Shown: piece after piece, positions 38,964 through 50,503 of the stretch
Numbering within the stretch: the stretch's first letter is position 1
How the letters are laid out: every line of letters starts with the position of its first letter
From: Lingula anatina
Lineage: Eukaryota > Animalia > Brachiopoda
NCBI GenBank assembly: GCA_051362555.1
Contig: CM120643.1
Coordinates: 23,626,848-23,690,847 of the forward strand
Reading direction: 5' to 3'
DNA length: 64,000 nt
The notes under the pieces: generated by a model
Databases searched by the model: none
What the model was told of the DNA's origin: nothing
Seen by the model: the letters and a program-made list of their open reading frames with translations, nothing else
Program-made: the position numbers and the translations under genes

Positions 38964-40699
38964 TATCCATTCTCTGGGTGTGGGTGTTTGTGTTCGTGTG
39001 CGGTTGCGGGTGGGAGTGCTGACTATCACCACTTCCTTAAGAGCGTTTCATGCTATATAGTGGGGAACAACCGCAACCCCTGAGACACACCCAGTGTTAC
39101 TTGTTACAGGTAAAGTTACTCATTTGATAGTTGAAATTTTGCATCTTTTTATTTAGACACTCTCTGAAAGTTGAATCGTGTATGTATGACCGGTCGTGTT
39201 ATTTTCATTCTCTAAATGACCATAACTATTAGTCACCCACTACTTTCTGTACAAAACGATGAAAGCAGCCGTACATAGGCTGACATATATAGTAGTAACA
39301 GGGTCATACATGTAACTCAATTTTTAAGATATATCTTACTTATGAGGCTGGGGGTCTACACTACCACCCACCCCTCGACAAACACACTCATGGAATTATT
39401 TTCCTCGTCAGGTAGTCCGTGGTTTCAGTAAATATAGATTTCCCGCAAACTAGAAAAGATAAATTATTTAGTATGCACTTATCAAACCTAATTGTGGTTG
39501 TCTATCGATCGATATTTAACAATTTAGCTAAATTCAGGAATGGGTTTCTTGGTGGTTAATTCAATGCGTAAATTAATGGTTTATTTTGTTTATATGTCGG
39601 TTTAAATAAAAAGTAAATAAATATTTGTAATATTTATTAATCAAAAGAACAAAATTTAGCTTGGTACCTTATACATCTACGTTAAATTGTACTTAAGCCT
39701 TTTAATGCGTCCCACAAAATGGCGTCCACATATTGTATGTTTGTTTGTGATCAACTATTCAAAGGGAAAAATTAAGTTTTGATGACCATTTTAAATTACG
39801 TGTCTTAAACATAATTTCAGGAAAGGGAATCACCCACAAACTGTGGTCATTATACTTCTATTTTGCATAATGCGTCACAGGCACACGCAGTTATATACTG
39901 ATATGTACTATAACACACTGTCTATGCTACCGTAATGTCAGCTTGCAAAACCGACCTCATAAATCATTTTTTGATTCTGTTTATGGTGAAGTTGAGACAG
40001 AATCATATTGCAGTTGAGACAGAATCATATTGGGTTTGTTTTATACTCTTCACGTAGACCTGCTATTTAATAATTTTAACAATTCATTTTGAAATGTCAA
40101 AAATGTAAAGTTCACTTATACATGGTGTAATCACATTGCTCTGTATGCACTGCCACAATGGTTAATTTCGATCAAAAGCCTGGTTCTTTTCAGCTTTAAC
40201 AACAATCAATAAACAAGAATTCAATTACAGGTGCTCTCGCTGACCAAGAAGGACTGTTGTAATCTCCCACTGCATACTTGCAGATGCATTTGAAAATAAG
40301 ATCATCTTTCGGACGTTCAGTTATGAGATCGGCCCCGGACTATATAACAGGTTTATATGCTTTCCGCGCTCTGAAAGATTCAACGCCTTTAAGAGGTCTC
40401 GGCATACAACGATGAGGATGGCACTTTAATGTAATTTTTTGTCTAGCAGTTCACACTTAGTATGACATATAGCTTCAAGGCACGAAAAGTTTACGAGTAT
40501 GCAGACGCTCGTAAAGCGTCGCATAGGTGAACCACCTGAATCAAGCTTGACATTGCCGTTTCTGCGCGGCCTTATACCTATTCTTTATACCTATTCTTTA
40601 AATCAATTTAAAAAAGCTGGATAAAAAGGTTGATACTTTGTGAATTTCAAGCTCGCAAAACGTCTAAGAATCAAACGTTTGCGATGTCATCCGTCTTAC

Positions 40700-40790
40700 C
40701 TTTCAACGTAGGTCCTTCCGATCAGTGGAGCGTTCAGTTATGGCGGCCTTGTTGCTGATTAACTATTCCGTAGAAAAAGGCGGGTTCATA
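40700..40790 (-). promoter_or_regulatory. Candidate non-coding first exon for opine DH copy 3 (and possibly copy 2)
   Basis: Strong minus-strand donor AAAG|GTAAGA (cttac at 40695-40699) in a locally GC/CpG-richer patch that includes a YY1-like ATGGCGGC at ~40740. Confidence 0.45.
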
Positions 40791-40796
40791 CATCTA

Positions 40797-41348
40797 CAGG
40801 CCTACCCAACTACCAGACTCGGCACCTAAGGATCCTGAATTAACCGGTATATCGGACCACGCTACCCGTTTTCAAGGTGTGTGTCAGATCGCATTTCGGA
40901 GTATCATACCCCAGAATAAATTTTGTAGCACGACTGCGGGCTCATCCACGCTCGGCTGAACAACCTGAAACTGTACTCTTACTTTAGAGTACTCTATTTT
41001 ATTGTCTCTATGGGGGTATATGGGGACTTTACGACATTCGGTTTGAATGTTTTAACCACTTTTGATAGGGCTTTTTTGCATTCTATTAGATTAATGTGGC
41101 AGTCTTAGGTTCATCTAGGTGGCTTTCAAATTTATGCGCCCGGTTTAAAAAATCATATAGCGATTTTACGACAATCGTTTACTATCCAATCAAAGTGACA
41201 GCCGAGCATGCCAGGGCTCATCCTGTCGGTGTTCTGGCTGATACTCCGAAATGCGATCTGACACACACCTTGAAAACGGGTAGTGTGGTCCGATATACCG
41301 GTTAATTCAGGATCCTTAGGTGCCGAGTCTGGTAGTTGGGTAGGCCTG
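40797..41348. mobile_element. Non-autonomous DNA transposon with 110-bp TIRs and a 5-bp TSD
   Basis: TIRs 40797-40906 / 41239-41348 (CAGGCCTACCCAACTACCAGACTCGG...), with one mismatch seen. ATCTA direct repeat at 40792-40796 and 41349-41353. Confidence 0.88.
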
Positions 41349-42861
41349 ATCTATATGCCTGTCACATACCCAGCTTGAACATACGGTTAAGCATCCGGGA
41401 AGGCCACTGTTTTTTATTATTTGTTTAGTGAACTTGCCGATTTTTTTCTTTTTTTCATTAAGGAAATTTATAACGACTGTGACTAAATTCTATCTTTTCA
41501 TGTAGCTCCTTTTGAGAGTGTTTTGGAGACGAAAATAAAAACTAAGGTAAGAAGAGGAAAAATAGAAATGAAAAAAATATACACGATCATAATAATAATA
41601 ATAAATATATTTGTTTTTCTGTACAAATGAAAAGGGGAAACCAAAGAGACCAGACCTGGAAAAAGTGTCTTGTTTTTGTGAAAACCATTAAGGCAGTCTT
41701 TGCCTTTGAAATTTATAGGTGTGCAGTAACCTATTTAAACACATTTAAATTTACGCCGTTCTTCGCCATAGCCACCTGTAAACAGAAGCCCGAGAAACAT
41801 TTGGCGAAACTCGATGGCCTAAAGTGGGCTGAAAATACGCATCATAGACAGTCCCGCAGATGAGACTGGAGATACGAACTACATATCGTGTGTAATAAAC
41901 TGGAGAATAAATCTGGGTCACATAAAATAATTGATGAGAACATTAGTTTGATTTATGAAATAGAGTGCTTCAGAGAGTATTTCGCAGATGCGTCCTTGGA
42001 GACACTGTGAATGTAATGCCTTAACAGCAAACTACGCTGTATTTGTAATTGATTGTGATTGTATTTATTACAGAAATTAGCTATTAATTAGTGTTTTAAT
42101 TAATGAATTTTAAAACATTTAATTGATAAAAAATGTCCCTATATAAGAGAGTAACTCTTAGATTATATGGGCAATTCGTATAATGTATTCCACCAGGTCA
42201 CGTCACACTATGTTATATATATATAATTAGTGGTTGTACCGGTAATATGGATCAAAAGTGTGGTCTAAATATTAATATTAATATACTTCCTATTTCAGCA
42301 AGTGCACAGCATTAGACGGGTCAACAGAACTACGTACCTGGTTAACATTTAGCACAGAGAATAAAATGAAAATCGGACGGTTGGCCTTTTTTCAAAATCA
42401 GACGGTTGGCTTTTTATTGAGATTGTAAACGTATACTTAGTACGTATTATGATACCGAATGTTTAACTTACTTGATTTTCCTGCGAAGATGGATCTAGGG
42501 CTCCCCCCACCATTTTTTTTACTGTGTCTTTAGGTGGGCATGCTATCATGTCAAGCAAAACTTGCATTTTTTCTGTCTTTGTCTCTAAACCCACCATCTC
42601 CTCACACTCCTCACGTTTCTAATGAATCATTGGTCATGAATAAATGAAATTAAAGAGAATAATGAAAAAATAATTACATGAATAGACGAATACTGATATA
42701 CATCTGTCAGATATTCTTCAATAAAAAACGTTAATTCAAGATACGACAGTGCGTTAAAATCTCAAGTTTTATTTTATATCTAGATTTTTATTATTTTTGA
42801 TCAGAAGTAGATCTCTAAATTCACCAATCCGTTTTTACTGAGGCGCAGCGTGCTAACGATA

Positions 42862-43263
42862 CACTCTAAATACACTTCTGTTAAAAATAACTGAAAAATG
42901 GTTGAAACCAACTGATTCAACCGTTCAATATGTGCCCAAATATAACCAGGTTGATGTAACTGATCGGTAGGTATATTGACCAACTGAATCGGTTAAGTTT
43001 TATAATTATTTTATAATAAATTTAAAATAATTATAAATAAACAAGATTCAACAAGTTTGTAGAATTACTTTACAGTCTTTCGATATACCTGGCAAGTGTC
43101 CTCAGTTCAGTTATTCAATAACCGATCCACACGGTTACCATGTTGACCAATCAACTGGTTGATCAATAACCGTATAAACCGTTGTTTGTATCTGATTTCA
43201 AGTCAACCAATTTAATAGTCAACCAATTTAATCTGTGTCAATAACCGATTTGTTTTTAGAGTG
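42862..43263. mobile_element. MITE with CACTCTAAA termini
   Basis: CACTCTAAA / TTTAGAGTG terminal inverted repeats, with an interior built from repeated caacc/ggttga/aaccg motifs. Confidence 0.6.
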
Positions 43264-45565
43264 CACCCTTTACCAGGGGTCTTCCCTAGCTGTCACAATA
43301 TTTTATGAAAGACTCGCATACAACTTTCTAACAGCTTAAGATCTCTGACAGAAAGTATACTAACGGTGATCCACCTCCACCCGGAACATGCTCAATTTCG
43401 GTTCCTACAATACTGTGAACGGAATATGCATAATGATGACATTAATGGGTTTTAAGTTAACTTTGAAACTCGGGTTTTTGGCAGAGGCAATAGTATCTCA
43501 TTGAAAAGGGGCCCGAGGTGTCGCACGGATTTCAAACAAGAAGATGGCATTCCAAAAACAAGCATTTCCAAGCCATGCTACAATTATCGAGCCCACCGAG
43601 AATTCATTTGTGACATTTGTGGATCTAATCTTCGACTAGCAGAATACCCTCTGTGACATAGAGCCTAACACGGCTAGACTCGCCATATTGTAAAAGAGCC
43701 CAGTTATCAATGCTACATCCCCATTATACAAGCAATAATGACAATATGCATCAATTCTCATATCAATAATTTTTCATTGATTATTGTACGGGCTTAATGT
43801 TCCTGTCCATCACAGCTCTTTTGAATACGGAATATTAGTTCTGTGCTATGGGGCATTAATAGTAGTGTTGAGGTAGAATGCGATAGTTGTTCTTGGCAAT
43901 GATGTGCGAGGTGCGCTGTAGCAGGTGCATGCGAGATGCCTTTCTTCGTCCCAAACGATGTTGATGTTTTAGTTAATGTGTCTATTTTCTCTTTCATATA
44001 GCAATGTGCCAAGTTCAAAGAGGATTCGTAAACGAATTAAGCCATTACACAAGGATGTGAAATATTGTCTAGAAGAAGGGAGAGCAATCTTGGAAAAGTC
44101 GGGTGAATAATCAACTAAGGCATATCTGTTACAACGGGCTTGATTGGAGAACGAATTTTGGCCCACTCTGACAATAGTGTTTGTAACAGCGGATTTACCA
44201 AACAAAACTTATAATGATGATGTGAAAAGAGATCAGGTAAAATTGGTGAAGGGGGGGGGGGGGTAAAGCGTGTTCTCATATTGATGAGTAATCGTACATG
44301 TAAATGAATGCTCGTTAGAGCAACATTTCTAGTTTTCCTTAAGAAATCATGGTTGGGGTGGTATTGCACGTGTTTGGTGAACTTTAATATTTATTTCAAA
44401 AAGTGGACATTTAAATGAATGTTGTAGCAGGAGATCGTTTAAATTGACGCACATATCTAACCAAAAGGACTTCTATAAAATATTCTCTCTGCGTACCCTT
44501 TCATGATTTAAGGCACATTCCCTGGAATTGTGTTATTAAGAAAAATATTTACGTGAATCAGATGTCCTATCTGTGAATGTACCCGTAAATTGCAATAACA
44601 AGAACAACGGTGATAATTGTATAATCCACTTTTTAATACATTCATATCAACGTTTACAGTGGGTGTGGGGATAAGCACGTCTGAATGCTGAGTCCCTAAC
44701 CTTCAAAGTGAATGTAGCCCTTTTGACCAAATGCCTCAAGCCCGTAGCCAACTATTAGTGTGCGTGAGTCTTTGTATGTGTGTGTATGGGTGGTTTTGGT
44801 GGGTGGGTGGGGTGGGGGGGGTGGGTAATTGTAGATTTTGTAATAAGACAGATTGGTTTAGTGACCTCTTACATTTACATATTAAAATGAGTACGAACTA
44901 TAATTCAAGACCAAGGCAAGCTAGATAGGGACTTTTTTCTGGTGAAGAAACCAACACCCACCAACCCCCCATCCACTGCCCATTACGGGCTTCATATTTA
45001 TATGCACTGCTTGCTATTTCTTTTGGCCTTTATCATTCATGGCATTGCACTGTTATGTTATAGTTACCCCATAAGTCAATTGCGCATATCAATTTAATGC
45101 AAACATAAAAACATAGCTGAATAATAATAATAATAAAGCAGTACGTCTCTTCATGGACCGTGCTCTGTGAAAGTTACATCTCATCTTATCATTTATTGGC
45201 GAATTCTAGGGAATCCAAAACAAAATGGCCGCATCAGCCCTCACTCCTTCCCAACAGCAGAAAAATAGCATGCCCTGAGACCTACAGAAACATCAAAATG
45301 CCTTAATTGGACCCCTCTCTTAACATGTTGAATCCTTCACTGATTAGTCTACCAAATATTTCAAGCAAGCTGTAACAGTATTCGAATAAAGATTCTGTAG
45401 ACTAGTTTATCTTGCTCTACATTGTACGCCCGTTCGCATTCTGTGGAACAAGCCGATCATTGGCACACTGAAAAGCATATGAATCAGCCACGACGTATAG
45501 ATACAAAACTGAAGCATGGATCTGAATGAAAATCAATCAAAGATTGTCTAAAACCGACACCATTG

Positions 45566-46792
45566 TCACATCCCGAGAATGTCATTGACAGTCTTATATC
45601 CAAAGGCTTGGGGACATCTCGTGCTCTTGATGTCTTTACCGGTCATTTTCCCGTTCACCATATATTCTTTGCCCAATTTTGTCTGGGCCCAGACAATCAC
45701 TTTGTCTATATTGGGTGTCTCAACTCCGGCAATATCCGCGATACCCTTTACTACGGCTAACCCAAACGGCACGTCCTCTGCAAGATACCTGTGGGTATAA
45801 TCTGGCAAAAATTTCCCACCATCTACTGACTTCATTGGATGCTTTATTCCATTATACGCCTTGTTGGTTTTCAGGACGGTCGTAAGAGTGTTTTTGTTCT
45901 CTATCTCATCCGGATAGCACTCCAGATACCAGTCGAAGATATCCTTTACGGTAAACAAATCCACCTCCCGGTTGGCCTTTCTAACGGCCCTAGCAATGTC
46001 CAATATCTCGCAGTTGATTGCTGACAGTAGAGCGGTGGCAAGGCGGTCGACATCTTGAAAGAATAATGGCGCTTCGTCGACTGGCTCTTCTTCATCTTCC
46101 TCATCCCTAGCCCACTTCCGGTACATGATCGCAGGATGTAGAGATGCGTTAGGGGCCATTAGAGTAACTCCCAGAACGTGACCACGCACGTCTAAGACGG
46201 GTTGTTCGCCCATGAGATATTGTACGGCTTCCACTGGCTCTTTACCAAGACCAACCTTCATGATTTCCTTGCCGAATATTGCACCTTTCAGTATTTTCTT
46301 TGTTGCTTTCACCTCAACAGACAGCCCGTAGGTTTTGATTTCACTGTACCACGGATGGGAGTCGAAAGAAAGGATGGCCAGTTGGTCAAGTTTGTCCTTC
46401 AAGATAGTGCGCACAGCGAATTCGAATCCGCACTGTCCCGGTAGACCTACAATAACGGTATCGGGTTCTATGTGAGGCTGGATAGCCTTAAGATACTCCT
46501 CGTGCGCACTGGCAGGGGTCATCAAGAAAATCACGTGACACCCAGGGACCAGAAAATCGGGAGTTTTACTCACGACGGCGGGTTTTCCTTTCACTGTATT
46601 TTCTTTCCCTTTGTCGTCTTTGAAGATGACAGAGACTTCCTTGTTGGCTTTAGTCCACTTTTCCGACTCGTCCTGGTACGTTGTGAAGATGCGTACCTCC
46701 ACGTCTTTCTTGCTGGCTGCCAACCCTGCCAACGTGTGAACTCCGCGGCCGCCGCCACATATTAGAACACAGAGTTTGTCTTCTGAAGCCAT
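45566..46792 (-). CDS. Opine dehydrogenase, copy 4 (most divergent), single coding exon
   Basis: 408 aa. ICGGGRGVH, TPASAH, LPGQCGFEF, FDSHPW, NASLHPAIMY, acidic stretch DEEDEEE, DYTHRYLAEDVPFGL, TRCPQ. Acceptor (tttcagtttcttcag) with the exon starting at 46846. Confidence 0.92.
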   Translation of the reverse strand: MASEDKLCVLICGGGRGVHTLAGLAASKKDVEVRIFTTYQDESEKWTKANKEVSVIFKDDKGKENTVKGKPAVVSKTPDFLVPGCHVIFLMTPASAHEEYLKAIQPHIEPDTVIVGLPGQCGFEFAVRTILKDKLDQLAILSFDSHPWYSEIKTYGLSVEVKATKKILKGAIFGKEIMKVGLGKEPVEAVQYLMGEQPVLDVRGHVLGVTLMAPNASLHPAIMYRKWARDEEDEEEPVDEAPLFFQDVDRLATALLSAINCEILDIARAVRKANREVDLFTVKDIFDWYLECYPDEIENKNTLTTVLKTNKAYNGIKHPMKSVDGGKFLPDYTHRYLAEDVPFGLAVVKGIADIAGVETPNIDKVIVWAQTKLGKEYMVNGKMTGKDIKSTRCPQAFGYKTVNDILGM

Positions 46793-48820
46793 TGGAATAC
46801 TGTGCTGTAATATTAGCTTTTTTGCTCCAGCTCGATGCTGTGTTCACTGAAGAAACTGAAACGAAATACAGAATGTGTTATGGTATACATGTATATGTAT
46901 ATGACTAACATCACACGCCAACTTCCTTTTTACTCATATAGGAAAGTTCCAGATTCCAAGAACTTCAGATAACATTTATTAATCAATCATTACATACGTT
47001 ATAATCATATCCTATGGACATTGTATTCAACGTAATGATGACATAGACCCCCCCCCCTCAAAAAAAAAAAAAAAAATTAAAAAAAAAATAATAATAAATA
47101 AATAAATAAAATAAAATAAAAATAATAATTTCGATATATCTAGATTTTCAAATATGTAATGAAATATTGGTGTTTTTTTTATATACAAGCGAAAGTTCTA
47201 GGTGGCTATATTCATGATTCATGGGCGAAGTACATGGAAGGAAGGGTCGTGTATCAAAGAATCATCATTACAGGATGGATTAAGGTTGATGTTCCAGAAA
47301 CGAAAAACATCTAGACGTTTATTTTCCAACGCAAGTTAAAGATGTGATGAGTGTTCATTGCCTGGACAAACGCCAATGCCGATATTTGATAGGGATACAC
47401 GAAAGATATTGGCAAATAAAAAAAATCAAAACGGATTAGCTGCTAGAGTCATATAACACGCATTGTGGTAGGTCTACAAGTACCTATATTCTTTTTCATG
47501 TAAATCAACGACGAGTTTCTTTCTCACCTAAAGAAATTTTGGTGGCGATAGCTTTAAAGGTAAGAAGACCTCCCGGTTCTCTGTATTGGTTCGCGTACCA
47601 ATATTTTCATGTATAGCTTATATGAAGTCGAAAGTTTCAATACCTTTAAAACAATTCAGTTCTTATTTTCCAGATGAACATATAGCATAACTATAAATAT
47701 CACAGGCTAAATATTATAATCTGTACATCTGTTCATCTGTTTCAAGTCATTTTTTTTCGCTGTTTGACTACTGCTGTTGCCGTTAAGATGAATAACTGTC
47801 TTGCCGTACTTGCAGGTGGTAAAGCAACCTTGCAGCACATAGGTAAACCAGTAAACGATAGCATTTGGCTTTAAAAAAAACACCGATGTAAGCATTCAAT
47901 TGCGGCAATAGTCTTTCAGGAATCTTCATTCAGATCTAAGTTCAATATATACATACTCTGCGTTTTCCGTATGTTATGCCGGATCGAAAAAAAAAATTAA
48001 AACTGGAAAATCAGTTAAATCAATTGCAGGCAAATTGCCGATGGGTTGGCGTGATATATTATCTTACAACTCTAATTTTGTCCAGCCAAGATGGTAAATT
48101 TTAGTCACAGGCAAATGTTTCCCTGAAAACGGGGCCAAATCTCAGTACAACAGTTCCAAAATTCCAATTCTACTTTTCATAATCCTTGCGCAAGTACGTC
48201 TATGCCGCAGCATAGCACAGGTGAAACATACAGTATATAGGTCAGACATCGCAATGCTGCAATACGATCTTCCATCTGGAGAGTTTCCAAAATTAGTAAA
48301 CCAGCTACAGCTACCGGTGCGAGGATACAGCAGTTGGCACAAAGGATTTTGATGGTATACATATTAAATAAACGTGAACTGGGAATATGCTAGCCTAGCA
48401 TTCTGGGGTTTTAAAGCTGTTGCTGTAGGATTTTAAGACCACCCCTCCACCCCTTCGTAATGCCTAGTCTAGTGCGAGTTCATAATTCCTTCACATTTAG
48501 AAGGATATCGAAACCTTTTTCCTTTACAGTGACTCAATAAAGAATTAGATTTAATCAACATTGTTTGCCAAGTTGACAGATTTTTAAAATTTGAACAGCG
48601 GTGTCATTTTCGCATCGTGCTCATCTTATTCTCTTTGATTTAGGCTTACGCGTATCATAATTTGATTTATATGTCGACAAACAACTTCACTGTAGACTCT
48701 ACTCAAACATGCCCCAAGTGCAGTCGCTCCTATACATGATAACCAACAAGAAAAGCATCCATTTTTTAATAAACCAGAGTAAAATCAGAGAAACCATCAA
48801 CAATTCCAGCAGTTACTCAC

Positions 48821-48985
48821 CCCGCCTCTCCCTACAAGAGCTCCGCACGTGTATTCTGGAAGGCAGAGTCTCGGTACAGAGGTGAAGGGCAACGCTATAC
48901 CTGTCTATACGATCGCCTGGTATTTACAGAACTGCTTACGGCTATGTCAGGAGGGGGAGGGGAAGTGCGCGCTTCGCACGTGCGT
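48821..48985 (-). promoter_or_regulatory. Candidate non-coding first exon/promoter of opine DH copy 4
   Basis: Minus-strand donor GGG|GTGAGT (intron begins 48820). TGTAAATA at 48921-48928. CACGTG at 48846 and 48977. GC-richer patch. Confidence 0.5.
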
Positions 48986-50288
48986 AAAACCTCTCAAGTA
49001 CAGAGAGAGGTCTGATTTTGAAGATAGTTCCGCGGAAATGGCCAGATGTACTCGAATGGAAAGTATGTGCAGCCATGGTTATTTTAAATTAATTAGACAC
49101 AGGACCAATATCAAATTAAGTCATTACCAGGCTGAGAAAGGTTCGGCTCCGTATATGGTTATAGACACTAAGCGTTAACAGTCAGGGTTAAACAGTGCGT
49201 GCAGCACAATTCATAATATTATCCTGTGTCATTATTGGTGATTGATCTTATTCAAACTAAAGCAAACTAAAGTCAACACAGATCATATAGTATGCGATCA
49301 AGGAGTGAGAAAACAGACAAACACGCTTTATACTAACTGGATATACCGGACGTTTAAGCCCAATAAAGCTCGGCATATATATGAATATAAATTTCATTAC
49401 AACTGAACTGTGAACTAGAACATCTCAGGTCATAATTCCTCTCAGGAAATCGCTTGGAAAACTATCACACCTAGCTCTAACACACAACAGCATGCTCTGC
49501 CATTTGACCTGCAGAGCAAACGCCTATTCCTCTCACAATCCACCCCCCCCCTGTGCATGCCACCAATCTATGATTACGTATAATATTATAATGATCTATG
49601 TATAGTCAGGTGGCAAACGTTATTGAGGGAGCAATGTTACCCTGAGTTTCGTCAGGTAACGGAGAGTTTATGCTGGTAAGAAATAATTTACAAGTTACCA
49701 CCAATGCTAGGAATCTCGGGGTATCTCCTGGGTGCCCAGCGATATTTAGTTTCAGTGATCGTTATCAGATGGAAATGAGGCGTGCAGATCATATTAATAT
49801 TAAAAGAAATAAAAGCGTTTATGTCTAAACTGCAGTCACTTGTTTCCATTTGAAGGACGTGAGTTTATCGTCGTGACAAGTAGGCCTTATTTTACTGATT
49901 TCCAATGTCTTTCGAGGAGAGATGTGTGTCTGGCTCTATGGAAATTTAGTTAACATCATCCAGCAGAAAAAAAATTAATAGATTCTGCCTGGTCAGCAAA
50001 AAAGCTTATTCCATCGGAATGTTCTTTTGAACTTTGAGCTAGAAATCAAATAATACACCTGCTGTGAAAACATATTATCAGTCTTACACAGCAATACAGA
50101 CATTTCGGTATTTTTACCGCAGTCAAGTGGCGCCTTCAAACATGTCTAGGCCCTATAGACTTCATAGTCTTTAAGTTTAAGAAGGTGGTAGGGTTGGCAG
50201 TTTGTAAAGCATCCAAGGAAGTCCACTGGTTTCCGGTGAGTCCACATGAGTCCGGAGAGCCCACTGGGAGTCAGGGACCCTCACTTCG

Positions 50289-50503
50289 CAGGGGAGGATC
50301 CAGGATTATTGGAAGGGGGTCCGCGGATGCAAATTCGCCCCCCCCCCCCCCCCCCCCAACACACACACACCCAAACACTTGGCGTTGGGTTTGGGACCCG
50401 CTGAATGCCCCCGAAAAATTTTAGTATTTTAGAGGGCGAACAGTGCCATTTCGTACGGTGTAGAACTATGATTCAGCTAGCACGCCCTCTAAATCCGCCA
50501 CTG
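50289..50503. mobile_element. hAT-like MITE
   Basis: CAGGGGAGGATCCAGG...CTAAATCCGCCACTG imperfect TIRs. CTTCG direct repeat at 50284-50288 and 50504-50508. Confidence 0.7.

Larger units (their letters stand above)
32089..39072. repeat. Tandem segmental duplication (~32089-35563 and ~36019-39072) carrying opine DH copies 2 and 3
   Basis: Matching 3' flanks (gtcgtctgcta; cctgttctattctatgttgtaagtgaccc; atctggactatccatttgtcaccaaaag), matching CDS, and matching 5'-intron segments (ttttagaat; ttttcactagatat; cctgtacatg..ctacaggtatgtct). Confidence 0.85.

Noticed and set aside
26521-46765. Plus-strand ORFs overlapping the opine DH genes
   Set aside because: Antisense shadows of the coding sequence; they recur only because the genes are paralogous.
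26498-46792. Bacterial contamination or operon reading of the intronless opine DH ORFs
   Set aside because: Genes are separated by kb-scale AT-rich spacers with microsatellites and MITEs, have splice acceptors (and AATAAA signals seen for copies 2 and 3), show animal-type motifs (GGGNGAH, FETLPWACR), and are contiguous with intron-rich animal genes.
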